Shown here piece by piece: positions 17,069 through 28,100 of a stretch of DNA of 64,000 bases (position 1 is its first letter; each line of letters begins with the position of its first letter). Below the pieces are notes generated by a model, which worked only from the letters and a program-made list of their open reading frames with translations, did not search any database and was not told the DNA's origin. A program made the position numbers and the translations under genes. Where the stretch lies: positions 208-64,207 of the forward strand of contig JAZOVF010000030.1 in the NCBI GenBank assembly GCA_045658565.1, in the 5' to 3' direction. Source of the DNA: Eubacteriales bacterium (lineage in GTDB: Bacteria; Bacillota; Clostridia; Oscillospirales; CAG-272).

Positions 17069-18015
17069 GCCTAAAGGATGTGGTGCTTGGGGTTGATACA
17101 AGTAACTATACAACCTCTGTTGCCATACTTGATACCGACGGAGGACTTGTTGCCAATCTAAAAAGGCCTCTTCGTGTTGCGCCGGGTGAGCGTGGGCTTC
17201 GTCAGTCAGACGCGCTTTTTTCGCACACGGTAAATATCCCCGATATAATGAGAGAAGCGGGAGAGCACCTTAAGGATTGCAAAATTGTTGCAGTTGGGGT
17301 GAGCGAAAAGCCCCGAAATACCGAGGGGTCGTATATGCCGTGCTTTCTTGCGGGTGTTTCAGCAGCGCAGAGTGTTGCCATAGCTGCCTCTGTTCCGCTT
17401 TTCAGATTTTCGCATCAATGCGGTCATATTATGGCAGCACTTTATTCTTCGGGAGCAGAGCATCTTTTGTCAGAGGAGTTTGCCGCCTTTCACATCTCGG
17501 GGGGAACAACCGAGCTTTTGCGTGTTAGGGCTTCATCCAAGGGATTTGACACCCAGCTTGTGGGCGGAACTCTTGACCTTAATGCAGGGCAAATAATAGA
17601 CAGAGTTGGTGTTTATATGGGTCTTGATTTTCCTGCAGGACCTATGCTTGAGTGTCTTGCGTTAAAAAACACAAAGAAAATACCTAAGAAGAAAATTTCG
17701 ATAAACAAAATGTCGGTTAATCTTTCGGGGCTGGAAAATATGGCTGTTAAGTTGTATAGCGAGACAAAAGACTCAAAGCTTACTGCAGCCTTTGTTCTTG
17801 ACTACATAGAAAGAGCTATTATTGCTATGAGCGAGGCATACGAAGCCGAGTATGGCAAGGCTTCATTTGTGTATGCCGGCGGGGTAATGTCTAATTCTAT
17901 AATTAAAAAAAGTCTCTCCGAGAGGTTTTGTGCATATTTTGCCGAGCCGTCTATGTCACAGGACAACGCGGTTGGCGTTGCTGCGCTGACACTCGGAGCA
18001 TATAAAGCGGAGTAA
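17065..18015 (+). CDS. Kae1/TsaD-family (peptidase M22 / ASKHA fold) paralogue
   Basis: GVDTSNYTTSVAI, SHQCGH (His pair) and ISGGTTE. 316 aa. ATGA overlap with nusB. Confidence 0.7.
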   Translation: MSLKDVVLGVDTSNYTTSVAILDTDGGLVANLKRPLRVAPGERGLRQSDALFSHTVNIPDIMREAGEHLKDCKIVAVGVSEKPRNTEGSYMPCFLAGVSAAQSVAIAASVPLFRFSHQCGHIMAALYSSGAEHLLSEEFAAFHISGGTTELLRVRASSKGFDTQLVGGTLDLNAGQIIDRVGVYMGLDFPAGPMLECLALKNTKKIPKKKISINKMSVNLSGLENMAVKLYSETKDSKLTAAFVLDYIERAIIAMSEAYEAEYGKASFVYAGGVMSNSIIKKSLSERFCAYFAEPSMSQDNAVGVAALTLGAYKAE

Positions 18016-18019
18016 AATA

Positions 18020-19264
18020 ATGGATATAAATTCGCTCAGAGAGCGGGATAATGTGGGAACATTTACAGTTTCCGAGCTTAACGGATATATCAAATCCGTT
18101 TTTGATAATAACCGCACACTCTCCTCGGTAACAGTAAAGGGCGAGATATCTAACTTTACTGCCCACAGGTCAGGTCATCTTTATTTTTCACTTAAAGATG
18201 CCGAGGGGCAAATAAGAGCTGTAATGTTCCGTTCATCGGCTATAAGACTTAAGTTTATGCCCGAGTCCGGCATGAAGGTTATTGTGCATGGGTCGGTTAC
18301 GGTGTATCCGAGAGACGGCTCCTATCAGATATATGTCTCTTCCATGCAGCCCGACGGAATAGGGGCTTTATACCTTGCATACGAGCAACTGAAAGAAAAG
18401 CTTTTTGCTGAAGGTCTATTTGATGTCGAGCATAAACTGCCTATACCTACAATGCCTGCAAGGATAGGTGTTGTTACCTCTCCCACGGGAGCGGCGGTAA
18501 GAGATATTATAAATGTTACAGGCAGAAGATTTCCTCTTGCGGATCTGTATATTTATCCCTCGCTTGTTCAAGGAGACGGGGCAGAGGAAAATCTTATCAG
18601 AGCTATTGATTATTTTGATAAATCTGGACTTGTTGATGTTGTGATAATAGGACGAGGCGGCGGCTCGATAGAGGATTTATGGGCATTTAACAGCGAAAGT
18701 CTTGCTAGACGTATTTTTGAAGCCGAGATTCCTGTAATTTCAGCAGTAGGCCATGAAACCGATTTTACAATATGTGATTTTGTATCAGACCTTCGCGCTC
18801 CGACTCCATCTGCGGCGGCAGAGCTTGCCGTTCCGGACATCAGGGAAATCAGCCTTAGGCTTGATGACTTAACCGACAGATGCGTTCTTTCTCTCGAGCG
18901 CTCGGTTGAAAGAGCGAGAGAACGTCTTATCAGGGCTTCCAAAAGCTATGTTCTTGACTCTCCCGAGTGCCTTACAGCGATGTACAGGCTTAAGATTGAA
19001 ACATTAACATCTTCTGCTTTGGAAGCTATAAAAGCTAATTTTCGTAATGCATCCGAAAAGCTTTGTTTAAATGCCGAAAAACTTTCTGCCTTAAATCCTC
19101 TTGCGGTTCTCGCGCGTGGGTATTCCATAACCGAGTACCGAGGCAAAAATCTGAAAAGTGCAAAAGAGGTTAAGGCGGGCGATGACATTTCTATTCGTTT
19201 AAATGACGGAAGCCTATCTGCTAAGGTAACTTCTGTTTTTGGAGGAGCTGCTAAAAATGAATAA
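18020..19264 (+). CDS. xseA: Exodeoxyribonuclease VII large subunit
   Basis: OB-fold N-terminus (V.GEISNF..H.SGH.YFSLKD) and the IGRGGGS.EDLW.FN motif. Confidence 0.95.
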   Translation: MDINSLRERDNVGTFTVSELNGYIKSVFDNNRTLSSVTVKGEISNFTAHRSGHLYFSLKDAEGQIRAVMFRSSAIRLKFMPESGMKVIVHGSVTVYPRDGSYQIYVSSMQPDGIGALYLAYEQLKEKLFAEGLFDVEHKLPIPTMPARIGVVTSPTGAAVRDIINVTGRRFPLADLYIYPSLVQGDGAEENLIRAIDYFDKSGLVDVVIIGRGGGSIEDLWAFNSESLARRIFEAEIPVISAVGHETDFTICDFVSDLRAPTPSAAAELAVPDIREISLRLDDLTDRCVLSLERSVERARERLIRASKSYVLDSPECLTAMYRLKIETLTSSALEAIKANFRNASEKLCLNAEKLSALNPLAVLARGYSITEYRGKNLKSAKEVKAGDDISIRLNDGSLSAKVTSVFGGAAKNE

Positions 19265-19496
19265 TGATATAAAATTTGAAGCTTTAGTTGAAAAGCTCGA
19301 GGATGAGGTAAAGAAACTTGAGTCGGGCAATATTTCTCTTGACGAGGCGCTTGCTTCGTTTGAGTGTGCCATAGGTCTTGTTAAGGAGTGTAACAAGAGG
19401 CTTGAAACCGCCGAGAGACGTGTGCGTGTTCTTGTTGAGTCTGCAGACGGTGCTATTTCTGACCGTGAGTTTGATTTAGATAACGATGAGACTTGA
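19257..19496 (+). CDS. xseB: Exodeoxyribonuclease VII small subunit
   Basis: MNNDIKFEALVEKLE..V.KLESG..SLDE.L..FE.. ; 8-nt overlap with xseA. Confidence 0.9.
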   Translation: MNNDIKFEALVEKLEDEVKKLESGNISLDEALASFECAIGLVKECNKRLETAERRVRVLVESADGAISDREFDLDNDET

Positions 19497-20241
19497 CCTT
19501 TATCTTTACGAAAACGGTTTTGCATCAAGCAGGACCGAGGCAAAAAACTTTATCAGCGGCGGTGCCGTAACGGTAAACGGAAAGACTGCAAACAAGCCCG
19601 CGCTTGATATTTTTGGCACAGAAGAAATTTCTGTTGACAGGAGCGTAAAGAAATATGCAAGCCGTGGCGGAACAAAACTTGAGGCGGCGTTTGAGTGCTT
19701 TAACCTCTCTGTCAGCGGCTTAAAGGCTATTGATATAGGCGCATCAAGCGGCGGATTTACCGATTGTCTTTTAAAACACGGAGCAGAGCATGTTATAGCC
19801 GTTGATTCGGGAAGCGGTCAGCTTGTTAAGGAGCTGCGTGAGGATAGACGTGTTACTGTTTTTGAAAACTACAATGCAAGATATATGCAGTCCTCTGACT
19901 TTCAGTATATTCCCGATTTTGCGGTTATGGATGTTTCTTTTATTTCCGCAACCTACATAATTCCTGCTCTCTCGCGGGTGCTGAGAGACGGGGGAAGTTT
20001 TGTCTGCCTTATCAAGCCTCAGTTCGAGGTTGGAAGAGAAAATATAGGCAAGGGCGGAGTTGTTAAAAGCGAGAAGCAAAGGGCCTTGGCAGTAAAAAAG
20101 GTTACAGAGTGCGCTCAGGGCTTCGGGCTTTCGCTTAAAGGGGTTATAGAATCACCGATACAGGGCGGTGACGGTAATACAGAATATCTTGCACATTTCA
20201 GAAAGGAGATATTTGATGAAAAAAATCATATTGATACCTAA
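19486..20241 (+). CDS. tlyA: TlyA-family rRNA 2'-O-methyltransferase
   Basis: S4 domain (RLDLYL...SR..A...I..G.V.VNG) plus the FtsJ-like DIGASSGGFTD motif. Confidence 0.88.
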   Translation: MRLDLYLYENGFASSRTEAKNFISGGAVTVNGKTANKPALDIFGTEEISVDRSVKKYASRGGTKLEAAFECFNLSVSGLKAIDIGASSGGFTDCLLKHGAEHVIAVDSGSGQLVKELREDRRVTVFENYNARYMQSSDFQYIPDFAVMDVSFISATYIIPALSRVLRDGGSFVCLIKPQFEVGRENIGKGGVVKSEKQRALAVKKVTECAQGFGLSLKGVIESPIQGGDGNTEYLAHFRKEIFDEKNHIDT

Positions 20242-21073
20242 TCCTAATAAGGACGAGGGGCTTTCTGTAACAAAAAGCGTTGTAAAAAAACTTATATCAC
20301 TTGATTTTTGTGTCCTCGTATCAAAACGTTTTGAGCAGTTTGAAAAATACGGTGCAACGGTTTATGAGGGCGAAGATGCAGATGCCGATCTTGTTTTGGT
20401 TATCGGCGGCGACGGCTCTATTATTGATGCGTCACGTATTGCAATTAAACAGGACATACCTCTTCTTGGTATAAATCTTGGAAAAGTAGGGTATCTAAGC
20501 GAACTCGAGGCTTATGATATCGACTCTCTTTCAAGGCTTAAGACCAAGGATTATTTCATTGAACATAAAATGCTTTTGTCGGTTGATAAATATTCTCCCG
20601 GAGGAGATCACGAAAGCTCGTGCCGCGAGGCTGTGAATGATGTTGTTATTTCACACGGGGAATATTTTGGAATTGCAGACTTTAAGCTTGAAAACTCATA
20701 CGGAGACAGAATAGTTTACAGAGCAGACGGCTTGATTCTGGCTACACCCGCAGGATCTACTGCATATTCGTTATCAGCGGGCGGTCCTGTTGTTGCTCAC
20801 GACCTTGATTCTATAACTGTTACGCCTGTGTGTCCCCATTCCTTCTTTAATAGGTCTATAATTTACGGTAAAAACGAGTGCATCAAGGTTTCAAATTCCG
20901 GTGACTCGCTTCTTAATATAAGTGTTGACGGAAGATTCTTTACCAACCTTGATAAGGGTGAGTGGTGTGTTGTAAAAAGAAGCACCACCAAGCTGAAAAT
21001 GCTTACCTTCTCGAAAAACAATATGTTCTCGGTTCTTTTTAATAAAATTAAAGCAATAAACGGATTTGTTTAA
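20216..21073 (+). CDS. nadK: NAD kinase
   Basis: GGDGS, the NDVVI.. motif and TPAGSTAYSLSAGGP. AGGAG RBS before the ATG at 20216. Confidence 0.93.
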   Translation: MKKIILIPNPNKDEGLSVTKSVVKKLISLDFCVLVSKRFEQFEKYGATVYEGEDADADLVLVIGGDGSIIDASRIAIKQDIPLLGINLGKVGYLSELEAYDIDSLSRLKTKDYFIEHKMLLSVDKYSPGGDHESSCREAVNDVVISHGEYFGIADFKLENSYGDRIVYRADGLILATPAGSTAYSLSAGGPVVAHDLDSITVTPVCPHSFFNRSIIYGKNECIKVSNSGDSLLNISVDGRFFTNLDKGEWCVVKRSTTKLKMLTFSKNNMFSVLFNKIKAINGFV

Positions 21074-21092
21074 TAAAAAAGGATGTTTTAAA

Positions 21093-21542
21093 ATGAAAAA
21101 CATAAGACAGCAAAAAATTCTTGAGCTTATCGAAAAATATGATATTGATACACAGGAAACACTAATTTTCAAATTAAAAGAGCTTGGCTTTAATGTTACG
21201 CAGACAACCGTTTCGCGTGATATAAGGCAACTTAATATTGTAAAATCCGTAAGCTCCAAGGGTACATACAAATATGTTGCCCCGGGTATTAGAAAAGACG
21301 AGGGAATTCCGGTTCTCAGCTCGGCTATCACCGATTCTGTTGTTAAAATCTCGGCAGCAGGAAATATAGTTGTTATTAAAACCTACTCGGGAATGGCTAA
21401 CGCTATCGCTGTGTGCGTTGACTCGCTTTGTCATGAGTCTATAATCGGAAGTGTCGCCGGAGACGATACTATTTTGCTTGTTGCCGCCGATAACGATGCG
21501 GCAAGCTCTCTCGCAGCGGAGCTGAGAAAAAGCTTTAGTTGA
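21093..21542 (+). CDS. argR: Arginine repressor
   Basis: N-terminal winged helix (RQQKILELI....TQE.L...L...G..VTQ.TVSRDI) and C-terminal GSVAGDDTILLV. Confidence 0.93.
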   Translation: MKNIRQQKILELIEKYDIDTQETLIFKLKELGFNVTQTTVSRDIRQLNIVKSVSSKGTYKYVAPGIRKDEGIPVLSSAITDSVVKISAAGNIVVIKTYSGMANAIAVCVDSLCHESIIGSVAGDDTILLVAADNDAASSLAAELRKSFS

Positions 21543-21584
21543 TAAAAAAACGTTTGTTAATCAAACGCAAAAACGGAGTGTAAT

Positions 21585-23285
21585 ATGCTTCTATCATTGC
21601 ATATTGAGAATATCGCAGTAATAAAATGTGTTGATTTTGATTTTTCCCCGGGTTTTGTTGTTCTGACAGGTGAAACCGGAGCAGGTAAGTCTGTTGTTAT
21701 AGACAGTATAAATCTTTTACTTGGCGGAAAAACCGAGCGTGAGCTTATTCGTACAGGAGCTGAGCAGGCAATGGTTAGCGGTCTGTTTGCTGACCTTTCG
21801 GAGAGGGTTGTAGGAGAGCTTTCCGCGGTTGGAATTTCGCCTGCTGAGGACGGCACTATACTCGTTCAGCGTACAATTACCGCCTCTGGTCAGTCAAGAA
21901 TAAATATAAACGGCAGGGCGGTTAGTCTTGCTGTTCTTAAGGCTGCAACACCGCACCTTGTTAGTGTTCACGGACAGAGCGATACAGCTTATCTTATGAA
22001 TTCCAAAAATCACATTGAACTGCTTGACGTATTTGCAAACACATCAGCTCTCTCTCTCGAATACCGAATAGCTTATGACAAACTGGAAAAAATAAGGGGT
22101 GAGATACGCAAGGTTGAAGAGGCTGCTGCCGAGGGTGAGCGCATGCGCGAGATACTTGAGTATCAGATAAAAGATATCGACTCTGCCGCTCTTAAAATCG
22201 GTGAAGAGGATGAGCTTGTTGACAAAAAGCTTAAGCTTAAAAACAGCGAAAGAATAATCAAAAATTCAGAGTTTGTATATAAGGCTCTCAGAGGCAGCGA
22301 GAAGGGAAGCGTTGCATATCTTCTTGACAGGAGCAGTACGGCTCTTGCTCAGATTGCCGACGTCACACCCGGTTTTTCCGAATATTCGGAGAGACTGCGT
22401 GATGTGCTCTATCAGGTTGAGGATATTGCAGAGGAGGTTTACGCAACACTTTCGGATATTGATTCTGACCCGGAGGAAACTCTTAATAAAATTGAGTCAA
22501 GACTTGATAAAATCTCGAAATTAAAGCGTAAATACGGTCTTACAATAGACGATATTCTTGCCGTTAGAGATAAATGTGCATCGGAGCTTGACCTTATGCA
22601 AAACTCCGAGGAGAGGCTTTTTGACCTTAAAAAGGAAGAAAAAAAGGCACTCAATGAAGCTATAATTCTTGCAGATAAGCTCCACGAGGCTCGTTCACAG
22701 GCTGTCGCAGACCTTGAAACCAAGGTTAAGGATACTCTTGAATTTCTTGATATGCCTAAGGTTGTCTTTTTTGTTTCTATCAAGGAAGAATATAAGAATG
22801 GCGAAAAGAATCTTTCCAAGGATGGCTATGATACAGTTGAATTCTACATCAGCGCAAACAGGGGAGCTGAGCCTCAGCCTTTGTCGAAGATAGCCTCAGG
22901 CGGTGAGCTTTCAAGAATTATGCTTGCGCTTAAGAGTGTTATTGCGGATAAGGACGGTGTTCCTACCGTTATTTATGACGAGATAGATACCGGTGTTTCG
23001 GGTAAAACCGCAAGAAAGATTGGTATTAAGATGCTTGAGTTATCTAAAAGCTCTCAACTTTTCTGTGTTACTCACAGCGCTCAGATCGCCTCTCTTGGTG
23101 ACAGACATTTCCTTATCAGCAAGTCGGATATTAACGGTGCAACCGAGACATCTGTCAGAATACTTGACTATGAAGGACGTGTGTCCGAGCTTTCAAGAAT
23201 TCTTGGCGGTATTAGTGTTACCGATGCTCAGCGCGCGGCTGCGGTCGATATGCTGGAGGAGAAAAAAGAATATATCAATGCATAA
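21585..23285 (+). CDS. recN: DNA repair protein RecN
   Basis: LTGETGAGKS Walker A, long coiled coil, SGGELSR signature and DEIDTGVSG Walker B. Confidence 0.96.
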   Translation: MLLSLHIENIAVIKCVDFDFSPGFVVLTGETGAGKSVVIDSINLLLGGKTERELIRTGAEQAMVSGLFADLSERVVGELSAVGISPAEDGTILVQRTITASGQSRININGRAVSLAVLKAATPHLVSVHGQSDTAYLMNSKNHIELLDVFANTSALSLEYRIAYDKLEKIRGEIRKVEEAAAEGERMREILEYQIKDIDSAALKIGEEDELVDKKLKLKNSERIIKNSEFVYKALRGSEKGSVAYLLDRSSTALAQIADVTPGFSEYSERLRDVLYQVEDIAEEVYATLSDIDSDPEETLNKIESRLDKISKLKRKYGLTIDDILAVRDKCASELDLMQNSEERLFDLKKEEKKALNEAIILADKLHEARSQAVADLETKVKDTLEFLDMPKVVFFVSIKEEYKNGEKNLSKDGYDTVEFYISANRGAEPQPLSKIASGGELSRIMLALKSVIADKDGVPTVIYDEIDTGVSGKTARKIGIKMLELSKSSQLFCVTHSAQIASLGDRHFLISKSDINGATETSVRILDYEGRVSELSRILGGISVTDAQRAAAVDMLEEKKEYINA

Positions 23286-23293
23286 GAGGTGTC

Positions 23294-24196
23294 ATGATTG
23301 AGTACTTAAAGGAGTATCTCAAAGCAAATGACGTTGAATATAAAGAAAAACAAAAATTAAGCAGTTATTCTCTCATTAAGATCGGCGGAGAGGCAGATAT
23401 AATTGCATATCCGGATACAGAAAAGAAGCTATGTGATTTGATTTTCTTCTGCAACAGGACAGCAGTTAAGTACAAAACAGTCGGGAATTTATCTAATCTT
23501 CTTCCTCTTGATGAGGGATATGGCGGAATAATAATAAAAACCGACAGATTAAACAGGGCAGAGTTTGTTGGAGATACAGTCAATGTGGGCTGCGGAGCAA
23601 GGCTTCCGAAGATGGCATCTGATTTAGCAAATGCCTCACTTTCCGGATTTGAGGGGTTATCGGGTATTCCCGGGCAGGTTGGTGGCTCTGTGCGTGGAAA
23701 TGCAGGAGCTTTCGGACGTGAAATAGGTGAGCTTGTTTTATCTTGTACCGTGTATTCCAAAGGATTAAACAAGGTTTTTGAATTAAGTCGGAATGAGCTT
23801 TGCTTTTCATACAGAAACAGTAGTCTTGTTTCCGAGGATATAACTGTTCTTTCGGTTAAATTTAAGCTTTCATGCGGGGATAAAGATGCTATAATGTCCG
23901 AAATGTGTCGGTGCAGAGAGATTAGAAAAAGAACTCAGCCGACAGATTTTCCGTCTCTTGGAAGTTTTTTTAAACGAACCGAAAATGGGGAATCAGCCGC
24001 TAGACTTATTGATATTTGCGGTTTGAAAGGAATGCACATTGGTGGTGCTTCCGTTTCGGAAAAGCACGCAGGATTTTTAATAAATTTATCAAACGCAACC
24101 TCTTCTGACGTTCTTTCACTATCATCACTTATCGAGAAGCGCGTTTTCGAGCGTTTTTCGGTCAAACTTTGTCCCGAGGTTGAGATTCTTGGTTAA
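23294..24196 (+). CDS. murB: UDP-N-acetylenolpyruvoylglucosamine reductase
   Basis: FAD-binding domain (..IGGEAD.., GIPG.VGG.V..NAGA.G.E) and the C-terminal GS.FK block. Confidence 0.9.
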   Translation: MIEYLKEYLKANDVEYKEKQKLSSYSLIKIGGEADIIAYPDTEKKLCDLIFFCNRTAVKYKTVGNLSNLLPLDEGYGGIIIKTDRLNRAEFVGDTVNVGCGARLPKMASDLANASLSGFEGLSGIPGQVGGSVRGNAGAFGREIGELVLSCTVYSKGLNKVFELSRNELCFSYRNSSLVSEDITVLSVKFKLSCGDKDAIMSEMCRCREIRKRTQPTDFPSLGSFFKRTENGESAARLIDICGLKGMHIGGASVSEKHAGFLINLSNATSSDVLSLSSLIEKRVFERFSVKLCPEVEILG

Positions 24197-24218
24197 ACTT
24201 GAATATTTGGAGCCTAAA

Positions 24219-25112
24219 ATGTCTTTTTCATCTGAACAAAAGGAATATATAACATCACATAATATAAAATCATCCTGTTGCCGACGCGCTCTTCTTTCTG
24301 GAGTTATATACGGTGGCGGCAGAATAGAGAATGACGGCGTTTGTTTGCATATAGAGAAAAAAAGCGTTGCCGATTATATTGCTAAGCTTATTAGAGAGTT
24401 TTACACCAAGGATGTAAATATCGGACGTTCTTCAACCGGCGGCAGATACTATGAAATCTTCTTCAAATCGCATTCTGCCTATGATTATCTGCTGAATATC
24501 AAAGAAAATTCGCCGCTTGTTGAAAAATGCTCAAACTGTCTTTCTTCTTTTCTTAAAGGTGTGTTTTTATCTGTCGGCAAGGTTAGCTCTCCTGAAAGCC
24601 AATATTCGCTTGAGTTTTCTCTTGGCGAGAGGTCGATACTTTTTGCAGACTTTTTGTCGGAGTACGGAGTTGTACCTCTCATATCATATAAAAAAAGCGG
24701 TACGGTCGCTTATTTTAAAAGCAGTTCAATGATTGAGGAATTTTGCGCCCTCGCAGGATTGAACAAGGTCGTATTTGCTATACTTAATGCGAAAGCCGAA
24801 AACGAGATTAAGCAAAATATTAACAGACGTATAAATTGCGAAACTAATAATATTGCCAAGGCGGTTGAGGCTGCAGCCAGGCAGATAGAGGTTATATCAG
24901 CACTTGAGGAAAAGAAGCTTTTGTCAAGTTTGCCCGAGGAGCTTGCCGAAACGGCAAAGTTGAGACTTGAGCACAGCGACCTTTCACTTTCTCAGCTTGC
25001 ACAGCTTGCCGTTCCTCCTATTTCAAAGCCCGGGCTTTCACATAGGTTAAAGAAAATAGTGGAGCTTGGCACACAGCTTTTAGCTGCTCATAACGATAAT
25101 TCTGAATTATAA
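24219..25112 (+). CDS. whiA: DNA-binding sporulation/cell-division regulator WhiA
   Basis: MSFSSEQKEY....CCRRA.LSG start and C-terminal HTH (LSQLAQL..PPISKPGLSHRLKKI). TGGAG RBS. Confidence 0.9.
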   Translation: MSFSSEQKEYITSHNIKSSCCRRALLSGVIYGGGRIENDGVCLHIEKKSVADYIAKLIREFYTKDVNIGRSSTGGRYYEIFFKSHSAYDYLLNIKENSPLVEKCSNCLSSFLKGVFLSVGKVSSPESQYSLEFSLGERSILFADFLSEYGVVPLISYKKSGTVAYFKSSSMIEEFCALAGLNKVVFAILNAKAENEIKQNINRRINCETNNIAKAVEAAARQIEVISALEEKKLLSSLPEELAETAKLRLEHSDLSLSQLAQLAVPPISKPGLSHRLKKIVELGTQLLAAHNDNSEL

Positions 25113-25129
25113 GACGAAAGGAGTCTACG

Positions 25130-28100
25130 ATGGGAGAATTTGTTCATCTTCATCTTCATACCGAATATAGCCTGCTTGACGGCGCTGCGAGAATTTCAAC
25201 CATCGCAGACAAGGCGCTCTCCGACGGACAGGATGCGGTTGCTATTACCGATCACGGTGTTATGTACGGAGCGGTGGAGTTTTATACCGCTTTAAAAGAA
25301 AAGGGTGTTAAGCCCATTATCGGCTGTGAGGTCTATGTTGCGGCACGTTCAAGATTTTTAAAAGAAGGAAAGGGAGATTCCTCAGGGCATCACCTTGTTC
25401 TTTTGTGTAAAAACGCAGAGGGGTACAAAAACCTCTGCTATATGGTGTCTGAGAGTTTTATTAACGGCTTTTATTCAAGGCCAAGAATTGATATGGAGCT
25501 TCTGAAAGCTCACCACGGTGGGCTTGTGTGTCTCTCGGGATGTATAGCGGGTAAAATCCCCTCGCTTATCCTTGCGGGAGCTATGGAGGAGGCCGAGGAC
25601 TATGCTCTTGAAATGAAGGATCTGTTTGGAGATGATTTTTATCTCGAAATACAAAATCACGGTCTTGACGACGAGCGAAAAATCGCATACGGAATAAAGC
25701 TAATCAGCGAGAGATGCGGTATTCCCATGGTAGCAACAAACGACGTTCATTATGTTGAACGCTCGGATGCTGAAATGCAAGCCACACTTCTTTGCATTCA
25801 GACAAACAATGTTGTAACCGAGGGACGTCCCTTCGGTTTTGAAACAGACGAATTTTACTTTAAAACCTCGGCTGAAATGAAGGTTCTTTTCGGTGGATTT
25901 AAGGGAGCTATTCAAAACACAGTTAAAATTGCCGAAAAATGTAATTTTGATTTCGAGTTTGACAAACTTCATCTGCCAACCTTTACTCCCGAGGACGGTA
26001 CAGACCATTTTACAAAGCTTAAAAATGATGCTATACGAGGCTTTGAGACAAAAATCAATGACGGTCGTATAGCTTTTGTAAAGCATACAAGAGAAGAGTA
26101 TATCGAAAGAATAAACTACGAGCTTTCGGTTATTGAAAAAATGGGCTTTTGTGCCTATTTCCTTATAGTCAGCGACTTTGTGTCGTATGCTAAACGAAAC
26201 GGTATTCCCGTTGGCCCAGGCAGAGGTTCGGGCGCGGGAAGCCTTGTTGCTTTTCTTATCGGTATTACCGATGTTGACCCCATGTCATTTGATCTGCTCT
26301 TTGAGCGCTTTCTTAACCCCGAGCGAGTTTCAATGCCCGATTTTGATATTGACTTTTGCTATAACAGGCGTGAGGAAGTAATAGAGTACGTTAAACGTAA
26401 GTACGGTGACGACAAGGTTGCTCAGATAGTTACCTTTGGTACTCTTGCGGCAAGAGCTGCGGTAAGAGACGTTGGCCGTGCTCTTGGTATGCCGTATAGC
26501 AGGGTAGATACTGTTGCAAAACTTGTGCCCTTTATGTGCCAGAGTATTGATGCCGCCCTTACATCAAAGGAGCTTAAGGCTCTTTATGAATCGGACACAG
26601 AGGTGCGTAAGCTGCTTGATATGAGCCGTAGACTGGAGGGAATGCCAAGACACGCATCAACTCATGCTGCAGGTGTTGTTATTACCGAAAAGCCGACCTA
26701 TGAGTATGTTCCGCTGTCGTATAGCGGAACGGGTGTTGTTACTCAGTTTGATATGAACACCGATGCAAGGCTTGGACTTGTTAAGTTCGATTTCCTCGGA
26801 CTCAGATATCTCACGGTTATCCATGATGCTGAAATGGCAATCAGGGAAAAGAATCCCGATTTTGATATAACTAAGGTTTCTTTTGACGATAAAGCAACCT
26901 TTAATCTTCTTTGTGAGGGAAAGACCGACGGTGTATTTCAACTTGAATCGGGTGGAATGAAGCAGGTGCTCTCCCGCCTTATGCCATCATGCATTGAGGA
27001 TGTTATTGCCTGTGTTGCACTTTACCGTCCCGGTCCTATGGATTCTATCGACAGTTTTATTGCAAGAAAGCACGGCAGAGAAAAGATAACCTACAAAACT
27101 GAAAAGCTCAAAAACATTCTTGATGTAACCTATGGCTGCATAGTTTATCAGGAGCAGGTTATGCAGATATGCAGAAGCCTTGCGGGCTATTCTTATGCAC
27201 GTGCTGATAATGTAAGACGCGCCATGTCAAAAAAGAAAGAATCTGTAATGAAGGCCGAGCGTCAGGACTTTGTCAACGGCGCGGTTGCGGGCGGTGTATC
27301 AAAGGAGGTAGCCGAGGATATTTTTGAGGAGATGCTTGGATTTGCTCAGTATGCATTTAACAAGAGTCACGCAACGGCATACGGTATTCTCTCTTACAGA
27401 ACGGCTTACCTTAAGACTCATTATCCCACAGAATATTTTGCAGCGCTTTTAACCAGCGTGCTGGATAATAATACAAAGGTCAGGGAATATATTCTTGATG
27501 CTCAGAGATTTGGTATTTCTGTTCTTGCGCCTGATATCAATACAAGTCACGAAACCTTTGCTACAGACGGAAAGAATATAAGATACGGTCTTTTGGCAAT
27601 TAAAAACGTAGGGCGCAATTTCGCAAGGTCTGTTATTGCCGAGCGTTCTCGCGGCAGGTATAAATCCTTTGACGGATTTGTTACAAGGCTTATTGATTCG
27701 GATTTAAACAAACGAACCTTAGAGTCTATGATTAAATGCGGTGTGTTTGACAGCCTTGGTGTTACAAGAAGCACCCTTATGGCCTGCTTTGAAAATATTG
27801 TTGACTCCGAGCACGACAAGGTAAGAAATAATATTTCGGGGCAAATGGATATGTTTTCTCAAGCGGTAGAAAGCTCGTCAACTGTTGGATATAAATATCC
27901 CGATGTGCCCGAATATTCCATGCGTGAGCTTCTTAGCTTTGAAAAGGAAAGCTCGGGAATGTATTTTTCGGGACAGCTTATCGACGATTATACAAAGCAT
28001 ATTGCAGAAATCTCACCCGATTCTGTATCCCAAATCATTTCTGACATGTCCGAAGAGGAGATGAACAAAGAACGCAAATACCGTGACCGTTCAAAGGTGA

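Noticed and set aside
21551-21567. The inverted repeat CGTTTG-ttaat-CAAACG between argR and recN as a LexA (Cheo) box controlling recN.
   Set aside because: The half-sites do not match GAAC-N4-GTTC. The stem is only 6 bp, with no flanking T-run and no adjacent promoter. It is probably fortuitous or a weak RNA hairpin.
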